Shown piece by piece: positions 8,088 through 16,459 of a stretch of 27,024 nucleotides of DNA; the first letter of the stretch is position 1; each line of letters starts with the position of its first letter. Under the pieces are notes generated by a model. The model ran no database searches. It worked only from the letters and a program-made list of their open reading frames with translations, and was not told where the DNA came from. Source of the DNA: Candidatus Micrarchaeia archaeon (GTDB lineage: Archaea > Micrarchaeota > Micrarchaeia > Anstonellales > J096); assembly GCA_041500405.1 (NCBI GenBank), contig JBGQMB010000013.1, positions 1-27,024 of the forward strand, read 5' to 3'. The position numbers and the translations under genes were made by a program.

Positions 8088-9953
8088 TCAGTCAACCTCC
8101 ATGTTTGCCTTCTTGTCGACAATAAGCTTGGGGAATATGCCTATCGCCCTTATCTCGTCAAGCAGAAGCTTGAATGCGTAGCTGATTTCCACCTCGGCTA
8201 TGCTCTCTCCCTGGCACAGCGGGCACGCCGGCTTCTTGACAATGTAATTGTAGTACGCCATGCTCCCGCAGTCCCTGCAGATGTACTGGGTGGACTTGTC
8301 GCTCTCTTCCAGCAGCCTTTCCTTTAGCACGGATGCCGCCCCGAACCCTATGAGCGTGTCCCTTTCCATCTCGCCGAACCTGAGCCCTCCTTCCCTGCTC
8401 CTTCCTTCCGTTGGCTGGAGCGTGAGCAATTGGACAGGCCCCCTGCTCCTTGCGTGCATCTTGTTTGACACAAGGTGGTATAGCCTCTGGTAGTAAATTA
8501 CGCCGACAAATATCTTCGCCTTTATCCTCTTTCCGGTTATGCCGTCGTAAAGCCACTCCTCGCCGTATTCGTCGAATCCGGCCTCCTTGAGTATCTTCAT
8601 GAACTTTTCCTGCTTGTCGCCGCTGAAAGCGGTTCCGTCCATTATCTGGCCCTCGGCGCACCCCGCCTTTCCCCCAAGCATGTCGAGCATGTGCCCGACA
8701 GTCATCCTGCTCGGCAGCGCGTGCGGGTTTATCAGCAAGTCCGGGACTATTCCGCTCTCGCTGAACGGCATGTCCTCGTGCGGAATCATGAACCCGATGA
8801 TCCCCTTTTGGCCGTGGCGCGATGCCATCTTGTCCCCGATTTCAGGCACCTTTGGAAGCCTGAGCCTTACCTTGACCACCTTGTTTCCGCTTGCGCCTTC
8901 CGTGAGTATGACAGAATCGACCCTGCCGCGCTCTCCCTCTTTCACGGCTACGGAGCTTTCCCTTTTCTTTTCCTCATAAACGCCGAAAATTGACATTTCC
9001 TCAAGGAACCTCGGCGGCGATGTCTTTCCGACAAGCACGTCGCCTTCCTTAACCTCGCTTTCCGGAATCACTATTCCGTCGTTGTCCAGGTTCGCGTAGG
9101 AGTCCTCGCCCCTGAATCCGTTGACCTTTGGGGACGGTATCTCTATGACGTCCTTTTGCCCGGACGGATATGTGATTTCCTCAACTTCGTAAGTCCTGAA
9201 CATCGCGGTCCTTCCCATGCCCCTGTCCACGGCGGAACTGTTGACCACGATAGCATCTTCCAGGTTCCATCCCTTGTATGACAAAACTGCGACGACCAGG
9301 TTCTGGCCGGCCGCCCTGCTCTTCATGTCAAGGTTCTTGTAAGCGTCTGTCTGCACCAGCGGCTGCTGGGGATAGTACATAACGTAGCTTCTTGTGTCGT
9401 ACCTGTGGTTGTAGTTTGAAAGGTACATCCCAAGGCTCTGCTTGGCCATGGACGATGCCATGGTGATTCTCGGGCTTGAGTTGTGCTCCGGATACGGAAG
9501 AACGCTTGCAACGACCCCGAACATCGTGGAGCCGTCCACCTCAAGGTGGGTATGCTCCGGCGTTATCTCCTCTTCGCGCCTTGCGATATAGGTGTCCTCT
9601 TCCTCGTCGGCGTCCAAATACTCCACTATGCCCATCTTGATGAGATGGCCCCAGTTCAGCTGGCTGTTGGTCAGCCTTTTCTTTATTTCAGGGGTAAGCG
9701 TGCTCTTGCCCTCCTTCACTACAATATAGGGGCGCCTCGCCCTTCCCTTGTCCGTGTTTATGAACAGCTCGTTTGTCGCGCGCTTGAACCTCACGTTGAC
9801 CTGTTCGTCAAGCATGCTGTTCCTTCTTGTGTCCCTTACCTTTTGCGCAAACGCCTTGCCGTCCTTGTGGAACCCGATGAGCCTTCCGTTTATGTAAACA
9901 GCGCACCTTTCCGCCTTTGCCGAATTCGGGTGGGTCTTTTTCATGAGCGTCAT
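8088..9953 (-). CDS. rpo2C: DNA-directed RNA polymerase subunit B' (Rpo2C)
   Basis: EYLDADEEE, GDKMASRHGQKG, NPHALPSRMTVG, KMHARSRGP, GGLRFGEMERD and a C-terminal zinc finger CRDC..CPLC. Confidence 0.97.
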   Translation of the reverse strand: MTLMKKTHPNSAKAERCAVYINGRLIGFHKDGKAFAQKVRDTRRNSMLDEQVNVRFKRATNELFINTDKGRARRPYIVVKEGKSTLTPEIKKRLTNSQLNWGHLIKMGIVEYLDADEEEDTYIARREEEITPEHTHLEVDGSTMFGVVASVLPYPEHNSSPRITMASSMAKQSLGMYLSNYNHRYDTRSYVMYYPQQPLVQTDAYKNLDMKSRAAGQNLVVAVLSYKGWNLEDAIVVNSSAVDRGMGRTAMFRTYEVEEITYPSGQKDVIEIPSPKVNGFRGEDSYANLDNDGIVIPESEVKEGDVLVGKTSPPRFLEEMSIFGVYEEKKRESSVAVKEGERGRVDSVILTEGASGNKVVKVRLRLPKVPEIGDKMASRHGQKGIIGFMIPHEDMPFSESGIVPDLLINPHALPSRMTVGHMLDMLGGKAGCAEGQIMDGTAFSGDKQEKFMKILKEAGFDEYGEEWLYDGITGKRIKAKIFVGVIYYQRLYHLVSNKMHARSRGPVQLLTLQPTEGRSREGGLRFGEMERDTLIGFGAASVLKERLLEESDKSTQYICRDCGSMAYYNYIVKKPACPLCQGESIAEVEISYAFKLLLDEIRAIGIFPKLIVDKKANMEVD

Positions 9954-11416
9954 TCCTCCTCTATTCCAAGCCTCTTGATTGCATCCTCAGTCTCAGTGTC
10001 AGAATATCCCGTCGTTATCTCGCAGAACAGGGACATGTTCTTGACTATGGACGTGCTGGGCCCTTCGGGAGTTTCCGATGGGCAAAGCTTTCCATAGTGC
10101 GTGCCGTGCAGGTCCCTTGCCTTGAAGTGCGGATGCTTCTTCGTCAAAGGCGAAATCACCCTTCTCCTGTGGCTCAATGACGAGAGGTAGCTTATCCTGT
10201 CAAGCAGCTGGCTCACCCCCGTTTGTCCGGCGACCCAGTTTCCTGTCGCCATTGAATAAAGTATCCTGTCTGTCAATGCGTCCTGCCTCACAATCGTGTG
10301 CACCTGGAGCTTCCTGCCCCTGACGTCGGCCCTGCTGGCCTGGTACACGATGTCCTTTATCAGATAGTTGAATGCGTAGCGGAACAGCTCGCCCATCAAA
10401 TCCCCTGCGAGCTTCACCCTCTTGTTTCCGTAATGGTCCCTGTCGTCAGCCGACATCTTGCCGCCTGCGACAAACGTCGTCCTGCTTGCCATCTTCGCCA
10501 AATACATTATCTTCTTCTTCCTCTTGTCCGGCGTTGTGCCGAGGTGGGGAAGCAGGTAGTTGTCTATCAGGTAGTTGAACCTTGTCAGCTGGTACTCCTT
10601 CGGCTGTCCCGGGGAGAACCTTTTCGCGATATACACGTCCGGCTCTTCCTCCGCGCCCTTTGAAGGGTCGCTTTCCATGTTGAAAAGCACGTCGTTCCTT
10701 ATCGAGAGCATCTCCATGTCGAAAAGCTCTTCCACATCAATGTCCTTCTTCACGCCCATCGCCCTTATCAGGGAGAAAAGCGACATTCCGTTCGGCGAGG
10801 ACGGGAAATCGACCATCCACATGCCGTCCAGGCTCCTCTTTATCACGCACCTTGCCCTGAAGCCGTGGTGGACCGAGAACATCTTGCTCGACACTGCGCC
10901 CTTGTCCTCATTTATCGTCATTACCTTGTTGGGGACAAGGTCCTCAAGGCTCACGAGAACCCTCTCGCTTCCGTTTATTATGAAATAGCCTCCGGGGTCC
11001 ATCGGGTCCTCGCCTATCTCAACCATCTCCTCCTTTGGCATCACTTTCGTGTGGCACAGTTTCGATTTTACCATGACCGGTATCTCGCCTATGAATATGT
11101 CCGCGTACCTGTTTGTCTCCACGTTGTTGTATATCGGCATCATCTCCAGGAAGACCGGAGCCGCGTACGTGATGTTCCTTATCCTCGCCTCGCCGGGGAA
11201 TATGTTCCTGTACCCTCCCCTGACCTCATAGAAGCGCGGCGCGGAAAGCTTGACCCTTCCGAGCTTTATCTCAAAGCCCTCGACGTTCGTCTTTATCTGG
11301 CCCACGCTGTCGACAATCTCCTGGATGCCGAACATCGCAAACTTGTCATATGAGTCAAGCTGCTGCTTGACAAGCGAATTGCTATTGAAATAGACTGGCA
11401 TGATTTCTTTTACCAT
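9950..11416 (-). CDS. rpo2N: DNA-directed RNA polymerase subunit B'' (Rpo2N)
   Basis: QQLDSYDKF, EARIRNITYAAP, GEIPVMVKS..C, DPGGYFIINGSERV, DDRDHYGNKRV, GVSQLLDR and CPSETPEG. ATG at 11416 with GGTG RBS; ATGA overlap with rpo2C. Confidence 0.96.
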   Translation of the reverse strand: MVKEIMPVYFNSNSLVKQQLDSYDKFAMFGIQEIVDSVGQIKTNVEGFEIKLGRVKLSAPRFYEVRGGYRNIFPGEARIRNITYAAPVFLEMMPIYNNVETNRYADIFIGEIPVMVKSKLCHTKVMPKEEMVEIGEDPMDPGGYFIINGSERVLVSLEDLVPNKVMTINEDKGAVSSKMFSVHHGFRARCVIKRSLDGMWMVDFPSSPNGMSLFSLIRAMGVKKDIDVEELFDMEMLSIRNDVLFNMESDPSKGAEEEPDVYIAKRFSPGQPKEYQLTRFNYLIDNYLLPHLGTTPDKRKKKIMYLAKMASRTTFVAGGKMSADDRDHYGNKRVKLAGDLMGELFRYAFNYLIKDIVYQASRADVRGRKLQVHTIVRQDALTDRILYSMATGNWVAGQTGVSQLLDRISYLSSLSHRRRVISPLTKKHPHFKARDLHGTHYGKLCPSETPEGPSTSIVKNMSLFCEITTGYSDTETEDAIKRLGIEEE

Positions 11417-11426
11417 ATTAACACCG

Positions 11427-11675
11427 TCACTCGAACGCAACCCTGTACGAAAGGTACTCTCCCGTTTGGTCCTTCCTGCGTATCTCGACCAAGTCGCCCA
11501 CCTTGAGCTTCAGCTCTACGGCGACAGGGTCTATCATAAGAATCTTCGGAAGGTCCTGCGCCGTAACTCCGTACTTTGCAAGGACCTCCTTCTTCCCCTT
11601 TTCGTCAAGAACCCTGAATTCCGGGTTCAAGAAATAGTCTTTTGTCGATAGATTTTTCTTCTTCAATACGCTCAA
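11427..11675 (-). CDS. rpoH: DNA-directed RNA polymerase subunit H (Rpo5)
   Basis: VL.KYGV...DLPKI...DPVA..L..KVGD.VEI.R...TG....YR.V. First gene of the RNAP operon. Start is likely TTG at 11675 or 11666 after GGTGGT; the ORF-track start at 11873 is over-extended. Confidence 0.9.
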   Translation of the reverse strand: MSVLKKKNLSTKDYFLNPEFRVLDEKGKKEVLAKYGVTAQDLPKILMIDPVAVELKLKVGDLVEIRRKDQTGEYLSYRVAFE

Positions 11676-11736
11676 AATACCACCCGCGGACGAGGCATCA
11701 GCAACGCTGCCATTTATACGGAATTCCAGAGGAATG

Positions 11737-11880
11737 TTTAAAAAGATATGCATTTCAAAGCACCCTTTACTGCATCTTGCCCCGCTTTTTATGGTCCAGC
11801 GCCGAAAAAGCATTGTTCCGGCAAAAGCAAAAGACCCCCACTGTGGGTTTAAATGTATTTTTGTGATATTCATTTAAAAA
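11737..11880. promoter_or_regulatory. Divergent promoter region between rpoH and the coaD fusion
   Basis: TTTTTAAA on the minus strand (11744-11737) upstream of rpoH. TTTAAAAA (11873-11880) about 30 nt before the coaD ATG. A further TTTAAA at 11848-11853. Confidence 0.55.
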
Positions 11881-11909
11881 TCCTTCCGACCAACCTTCTA
11901 TTGGTTTTT

Positions 11910-13583
11910 ATGACAACCAAGGCGGTCTTTCCAGGTACATTCGACCCGATGACAAAGGGTCATACTTCAGTCATAAGAAAAGCGGCCCGCCTATTTGATG
12001 AGGTAACAGTGCTGATAGCAAAAAACGAGGGCAAAAAGACGCCTTTGTTCACGGAGGCAGAAAGGAAGGCGCTTGCCGAAATAGTATTCAAGGACTACCT
12101 AAATGTGAAGGTCGCTTTGATGCAGGACGAATACGTTCCGGATTATGCAGTTGAAAATGGCATTGGGTTCATCATACGCTCAACGCGCAACATAGTCGAT
12201 TTCGCATACGAGGACATAATCCGCCAGGCTTACAATAACATACAGAAAGAGCCGGAAATCGTGCAGATGATGCCGTCAAAGGAATTTGAACACGTTTCGT
12301 CATCGCTAGTCAAAGAGCTTGTTGGCGAGCACGGCATCAAGGGATGGGAAACCCAAGTCAGGGAATACCTGGACACCCCGGTTTTTTTGCAGTTCTTGGC
12401 AAAAAACACCGAAAAACTCGGAATAAAAAAGATATGGCACCAAACGCTTTCCAGACTTGGCGCGGACAGTGAAGCAGCGAATGCGGCATTCTCCAAACTC
12501 CTTGAGCGGTATTCAGAGCTTCATAGGGCCCATCATACCATCTACCACCTAGTGGAGATATTCGAGGAGGCTGAAAAACATGGATTGTGCCTCCCACCAC
12601 AGCTCGTGCTTTCGCTGTTCTTCCATGATTCCATACACAATATTGGAAGCAACGACAACGAGGAAAGAAGCGCAAGGTACGCATGCGAAATGCTGAGCGA
12701 GATGGGAGCAGGCGGCATTGCCAAGGAAACATCCAGGCTGGTGCTGGAGACGGATTATGAAAAGATAAAACACCCGTCCTACGAGCTCTCGGCATTGCAA
12801 AGGGACTTGGATTTTTCGGTGCTTGCAAAGGACCGGAAAAGGGTTCTGGAATATGACGACGAGATAAGGCTTGAATACAGCAAGGTATTTAGCGATTCAG
12901 TCCTAAAGAGGGGGCGGGCGAGATTCCTTCTTGGACTGACGAAGAGCGACATCTTCCACAGCAGCAGCTTCAAGCCTTTGGAAGCGGTTGCCAAAAAGAA
13001 TGCCCATGCCCTGCTGGTAGAGAGATATTTTGATATCATAGAAGTAAGCGCAGGGTATAGAAATAAGACGTTGGCGGTGCCGGAAAGCATGAGGGGAGAA
13101 CTTAAAAAACCGGCGGGCGAGCTGTTCGCCAGACTGGAGGATTTGCTTGCCAAATATGGAAAAATGAAAATAATTGCAGTGGGGGACACTGTGACTTGCT
13201 CCATTTTGGAAAAGGGCATAAAGCCATTCCTTTGCGTGTATGACTTCAAAACAAGAAAGAACAAGCTGGATGAGAGGCGGAAACGGGCAATATGCGACGC
13301 ATACCCGTCCTTTTCAGAAATTGAAAACCCAGCCGGAACCATAACCGAAGCGCTTGAAACAGAGCTGGAAAGGCGCGCAGGTACAGACGGAGGCGCGATT
13401 TTCGTCAAAGGCGAGGAGGACCTTGCGGCCCTAGTGCTTATGCGGGCTTCCCCAGCCAATGCCGTAATAGTCTATGGCCAGCCCGGAGAGGGCGTGGTTG
13501 CTGTTCCATGCAACAAGGAAAACAAGCGGCTTGCAGAGGAGCTGCTTGCGAAAATGGATGAATTTATGCAGAGGCGCCAATAG
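11910..13583 (+). CDS. coaD: Tri-domain fusion: phosphopantetheine adenylyltransferase (bacterial-type CoaD) + HD-superfamily phosphohydrolase + GTP-dependent dephospho-CoA kinase (DUF359 family)
   Basis: aa 1-165: AVFPGTFDPMTKGH, PLFT..ER, DF.YE, VSSSLVKEL. aa ~195-370: YSELHRAHHT..HL, FFHD, DNEERSA, D.D, IR.EY, R..FL. aa ~387-557: ELKKP.G, AVGD.VT, YD.KT.K, NPAGTIT, V.GEEDLAAL, YGQPGEGVV. One uninterrupted frame from ATG at 11910. Confidence 0.88.
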   Translation: MTTKAVFPGTFDPMTKGHTSVIRKAARLFDEVTVLIAKNEGKKTPLFTEAERKALAEIVFKDYLNVKVALMQDEYVPDYAVENGIGFIIRSTRNIVDFAYEDIIRQAYNNIQKEPEIVQMMPSKEFEHVSSSLVKELVGEHGIKGWETQVREYLDTPVFLQFLAKNTEKLGIKKIWHQTLSRLGADSEAANAAFSKLLERYSELHRAHHTIYHLVEIFEEAEKHGLCLPPQLVLSLFFHDSIHNIGSNDNEERSARYACEMLSEMGAGGIAKETSRLVLETDYEKIKHPSYELSALQRDLDFSVLAKDRKRVLEYDDEIRLEYSKVFSDSVLKRGRARFLLGLTKSDIFHSSSFKPLEAVAKKNAHALLVERYFDIIEVSAGYRNKTLAVPESMRGELKKPAGELFARLEDLLAKYGKMKIIAVGDTVTCSILEKGIKPFLCVYDFKTRKNKLDERRKRAICDAYPSFSEIENPAGTITEALETELERRAGTDGGAIFVKGEEDLAALVLMRASPANAVIVYGQPGEGVVAVPCNKENKRLAEELLAKMDEFMQRRQ

Positions 13584-13681
13584 GGTCGAAGCGGCGAAAC
13601 CCAACACATGGCACAACCTTTTAAAACCTTTTTCTGCGAGTAGGGTTCACTGATTGGATTTTTCAGCGAAAAGTGATTTGA

Positions 13682-14254
13682 ATGGCAGAAGAGAATGCGG
13701 CCGCAGGGCCGAAAAAACCCGAAATGCAAATCAAGGGAAGCCTCGAGGAGGAGATATCAAGGCTCACTGCCAGGAAGAACGAGCTCATAGAAAGGGTGCA
13801 GAGGGTCTCGAAGGGCCTCAAGTACAAGACAATAGAGCTAAAGGCGCTTGAGCCGCTTGCCGCGCAGGCGGAAAGGGAAAACCCGTTCATACTCATCAGA
13901 AAATTGAAGAAGCTGGAGTTCAGGCTCTCAACGCAGGCGTCCACGCCCAAAACCGAGAAGCTGATGATGAAGGACATCATCGACCTTGAGAGGAAAATCA
14001 GGAAGGTAAAGCCGCTTTTGACGGCGTCAAGCAGGATAAGGCGGGTCAGGGAGGACCTGAAATACTACACGGACGAGATGGTCAAGGTCGAGGCCGAGCT
14101 TACAGACCTCAGGACAAGGCTCAGGGAGCTCATCGGCAGGAAAAAGGAGACCAGGGCGGCGGAAAGGAGGGACATCTCCTACAACGAGACCGTTGAGGTC
14201 GCCGACGAATTTGTATCGCTTGAGGACATCGCCGAAATAGAGAAGCACGACTGA
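13682..14254 (+). CDS. Archaeal coiled-coil protein (COG1340-like)
   Basis: Heptad-rich helices with LEFRLSTQASTPKTEKLMMKDIIDLE, resembling the COG1340 LE...QT..LTPE.E..L...I..LE motif. Upstream TATA TTTTAAAA (13619-13626) and GTGA RBS. Confidence 0.7.
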   Translation: MAEENAAAGPKKPEMQIKGSLEEEISRLTARKNELIERVQRVSKGLKYKTIELKALEPLAAQAERENPFILIRKLKKLEFRLSTQASTPKTEKLMMKDIIDLERKIRKVKPLLTASSRIRRVREDLKYYTDEMVKVEAELTDLRTRLRELIGRKKETRAAERRDISYNETVEVADEFVSLEDIAEIEKHD

Positions 14255-15280
14255 CTATTCAAGCGCGTTTTCAATCCCGCCAAGCATGCTCGTCGGGAAA
14301 TCCATGTCTCCCCTTAGCTTTATCCAGTTGGCGATGCCAGCCAGTTCCAATCCGTAAAGCATCGCCTTTTTCGCATGGAACGGCACAATCTCGTTGGCTG
14401 ATTGGATGGCGTCGTGCGCCCTTATCTCCCTCATCAGGCGGGACTCCCTTATCCTTTTGTCTATTTCGCACTTTCCCTCAAAAGCGTCCGCGAACCACGG
14501 CAGCGCTATTGACATGAACGTTATTCCGCCCCCTGTCGCGCTTTTCGTCAATCCCGCAGCGTCCCCGAACAGCATCGCGTTCCTGTCCTGGATTTTTTCC
14601 CTCATGCTTATCGGGATGACCGCGCCCCTCCATTTCACGCCTGTTCCGCAGTCCTCAAAGAATTTCAGCCCCCTTCCAAGCCCGGCCCTGTCGGTTGTGC
14701 CGAACCCTATCTCGGACATGCTCCTTCTTGGGATTATCCATCCGAAAAACCCCCTGAACGCGTCGTTTATGAATATGCGGACCATGTCCTTTTCCCAGAC
14801 ATTGTCCACGTAAGCATGCATTGTGTATGCGTATTTCCTTATAGGGGGAAACCCGAATGCAACAGCAGTTTCCGACCAGGGCCCGTCCGCCCCGATGACG
14901 TTCCTCATTTTCGCTATTTCATTGGCGGCTTTCCTTTTTCCGTATTCAACCTCAACGCCCCTTTTCTCGGCCGCCTTTGCGCTTATCTCGTTGACCTTTT
15001 CCCTATCCACCACATATGCGACGCTGCTTCCTTTCCTGATGTCAATCCACTCGCTGCCTATGAATATCTTTGCGCCATTGATCCTGTTCCGTATTGCGGA
15101 TTTGAGGCTTATCCTTTTTGAAAGCCCGTCCATCCCCCTGTTTGATATCAGGCCGGAGCACTCTATGGAATCAGAGGCGTTTTTGTGCTCCTCGTACGCC
15201 TTGACGCCATGCCCCCTGTCCGCAAGCTCGGAAGCCATCAGCGAGCCGGCTATGCTGAACCCTATGACATTCGCCTTCAA
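14255..15280 (-). CDS. Geranylgeranyl reductase-family FAD-dependent oxidoreductase (DGGGPL reductase-like)
   Basis: Rossmann start VIGFSIAGSL, CSGLIS, VDR, GADGP.S, GFFGWIIP and GDAAGLTK.ATGGGI. TTG start with AGGTG RBS and an upstream TTTATAA. Confidence 0.82.
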   Translation of the reverse strand: MKANVIGFSIAGSLMASELADRGHGVKAYEEHKNASDSIECSGLISNRGMDGLSKRISLKSAIRNRINGAKIFIGSEWIDIRKGSSVAYVVDREKVNEISAKAAEKRGVEVEYGKRKAANEIAKMRNVIGADGPWSETAVAFGFPPIRKYAYTMHAYVDNVWEKDMVRIFINDAFRGFFGWIIPRRSMSEIGFGTTDRAGLGRGLKFFEDCGTGVKWRGAVIPISMREKIQDRNAMLFGDAAGLTKSATGGGITFMSIALPWFADAFEGKCEIDKRIRESRLMREIRAHDAIQSANEIVPFHAKKAMLYGLELAGIANWIKLRGDMDFPTSMLGGIENALE

Positions 15281-15327
15281 TCAAACACCTTGAAACACCA
15301 TTCTGGCTCATTGCCGTTATAAATCTT

Positions 15328-16455
15328 TCAGTGGCTTGCAAGCTTTTTCTTCCTGTTCTCGAAGATTGGGATATATAACAACAGGGCAAGGCCTTCAAAC
15401 AGCAGTGCCGTTTCCAATGAGAAGCTTATCGCTATTATATATCCTAGCAGCACGCCGCAGAGCCTGCCCGTATCAAACATGAACTCCCGTCCAACCATGC
15501 TCGAAACAAGGTCCTTGCTGTTGTCCACAACAAGCGCAAGCGGCAAGGGGAAGAATATGCACGAAAAGAAGTTGACCAGGCCGTATCCCAGTATGAACAT
15601 TGCCGCGCCCTGCGCCCAGCTGGCGAAAATGGCGGAAAGCGCGAAGCACGCCACAAGCGGAAGCAGGAGCTCCCTGCGCCTCTTTATCCTGTCTGAGAAC
15701 CGCGCTGCCACGAATGTCGCAATAACCGAGAAAATCGTTGCCAATGACGTGAAAATCCCGAACTCCAGCGGCGTGTTTGCATAGCGCAGAAGAATGACGC
15801 CCAGCGTAACATAGACTATCACTCCTGCCGCAAACCCTTCCATGAACAGTATGGACTTAAGCCCTGAAATGGACTTTATGCTGTTTATGAGCGAATATTC
15901 ATACTTGCGGTTCTCGACAAGGCAGAAAAATACCGGAATGCATGCAATGAAAACCGCCAGTGAAAGCGCAAAAAGCGCCATGAACCCGAATGACTGCACG
16001 AAAAAGCCGGCAAGCGCCGGAACCAGGAGCGAGAGGACAGGGCCTACGGAAAAATAGAGCGCCCCGAGCTGTGCGTTGTTCCCTTTGCTGAACTCATAAT
16101 ACATCGTGTTGAACGGCACCCAGAAAAAGAAACAGGTAAGCCCTGAAAGGAAAAGCCTGGCAAATGCCCCCAGCGGAAGCGGCAGAACCATTAGGGCCAT
16201 TACTGAAAGCGCAGATATTGCCATGCCCGCAACCATGAAATCGCGTACTGCAAAGCCCCTGAAAAGCGGGATTGCCAGCAGAGGCGCCAGGTATATGAAC
16301 GCCATGGCCAAGAATATGGCAGTAAGCGACATGCCGCCCTCGTTGAAATACACGAAAATGATTGATGACAGGGGCATCCATGACGCAAGCCATAGGATAT
16401 ACACTGCAACAAGCTTCTGGAACGGCGTCAAAGAGCTCAATATCGGGATTTTCAT
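15328..16455 (-). CDS. Major facilitator superfamily transporter
   Basis: About 12 hydrophobic segments; motif-A-like ARFSDRIKRRR in the second half; RE...D.GR. AGGTGA RBS precedes the ATG at 16455. Confidence 0.85.
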   Translation of the reverse strand: MKIPILSSLTPFQKLVAVYILWLASWMPLSSIIFVYFNEGGMSLTAIFLAMAFIYLAPLLAIPLFRGFAVRDFMVAGMAISALSVMALMVLPLPLGAFARLFLSGLTCFFFWVPFNTMYYEFSKGNNAQLGALYFSVGPVLSLLVPALAGFFVQSFGFMALFALSLAVFIACIPVFFCLVENRKYEYSLINSIKSISGLKSILFMEGFAAGVIVYVTLGVILLRYANTPLEFGIFTSLATIFSVIATFVAARFSDRIKRRRELLLPLVACFALSAIFASWAQGAAMFILGYGLVNFFSCIFFPLPLALVVDNSKDLVSSMVGREFMFDTGRLCGVLLGYIIAISFSLETALLFEGLALLLYIPIFENRKKKLASH

Positions 16456-16459
16456 GCCT

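Noticed and set aside
9950..9953. Split of RNAP B and A subunits as frameshifts or pseudogenes
   Set aside because: The B''/B' and A'/A'' splits are established archaeal features, and each part has its own RBS and start codon.
4565..11353. Long plus-strand ORFs opposite the RNAP genes (e.g. 4696-5649, 5979-6662, 6663-7667, 9483-10097)
   Set aside because: Antisense shadows of codon-biased genes; Ser/Leu/Phe-rich nonsense translations with no motifs.
11690..11870. Possible tRNA, or an N-terminally extended 148-aa Rpo5
   Set aside because: No cloverleaf or T-loop GTTCRA was found. The extension crosses TATA boxes and has no Rpo5/Rpb5 similarity that I can recognise.
13583..13675. Small hairpins (GGGT..ACCC; CTGA..TCAG) after the coaD fusion as a terminator or riboswitch
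   Set aside because: Stems are short and imperfect with no adjacent U-tract or recognisable family; the region is explained by the promoter of the next gene.
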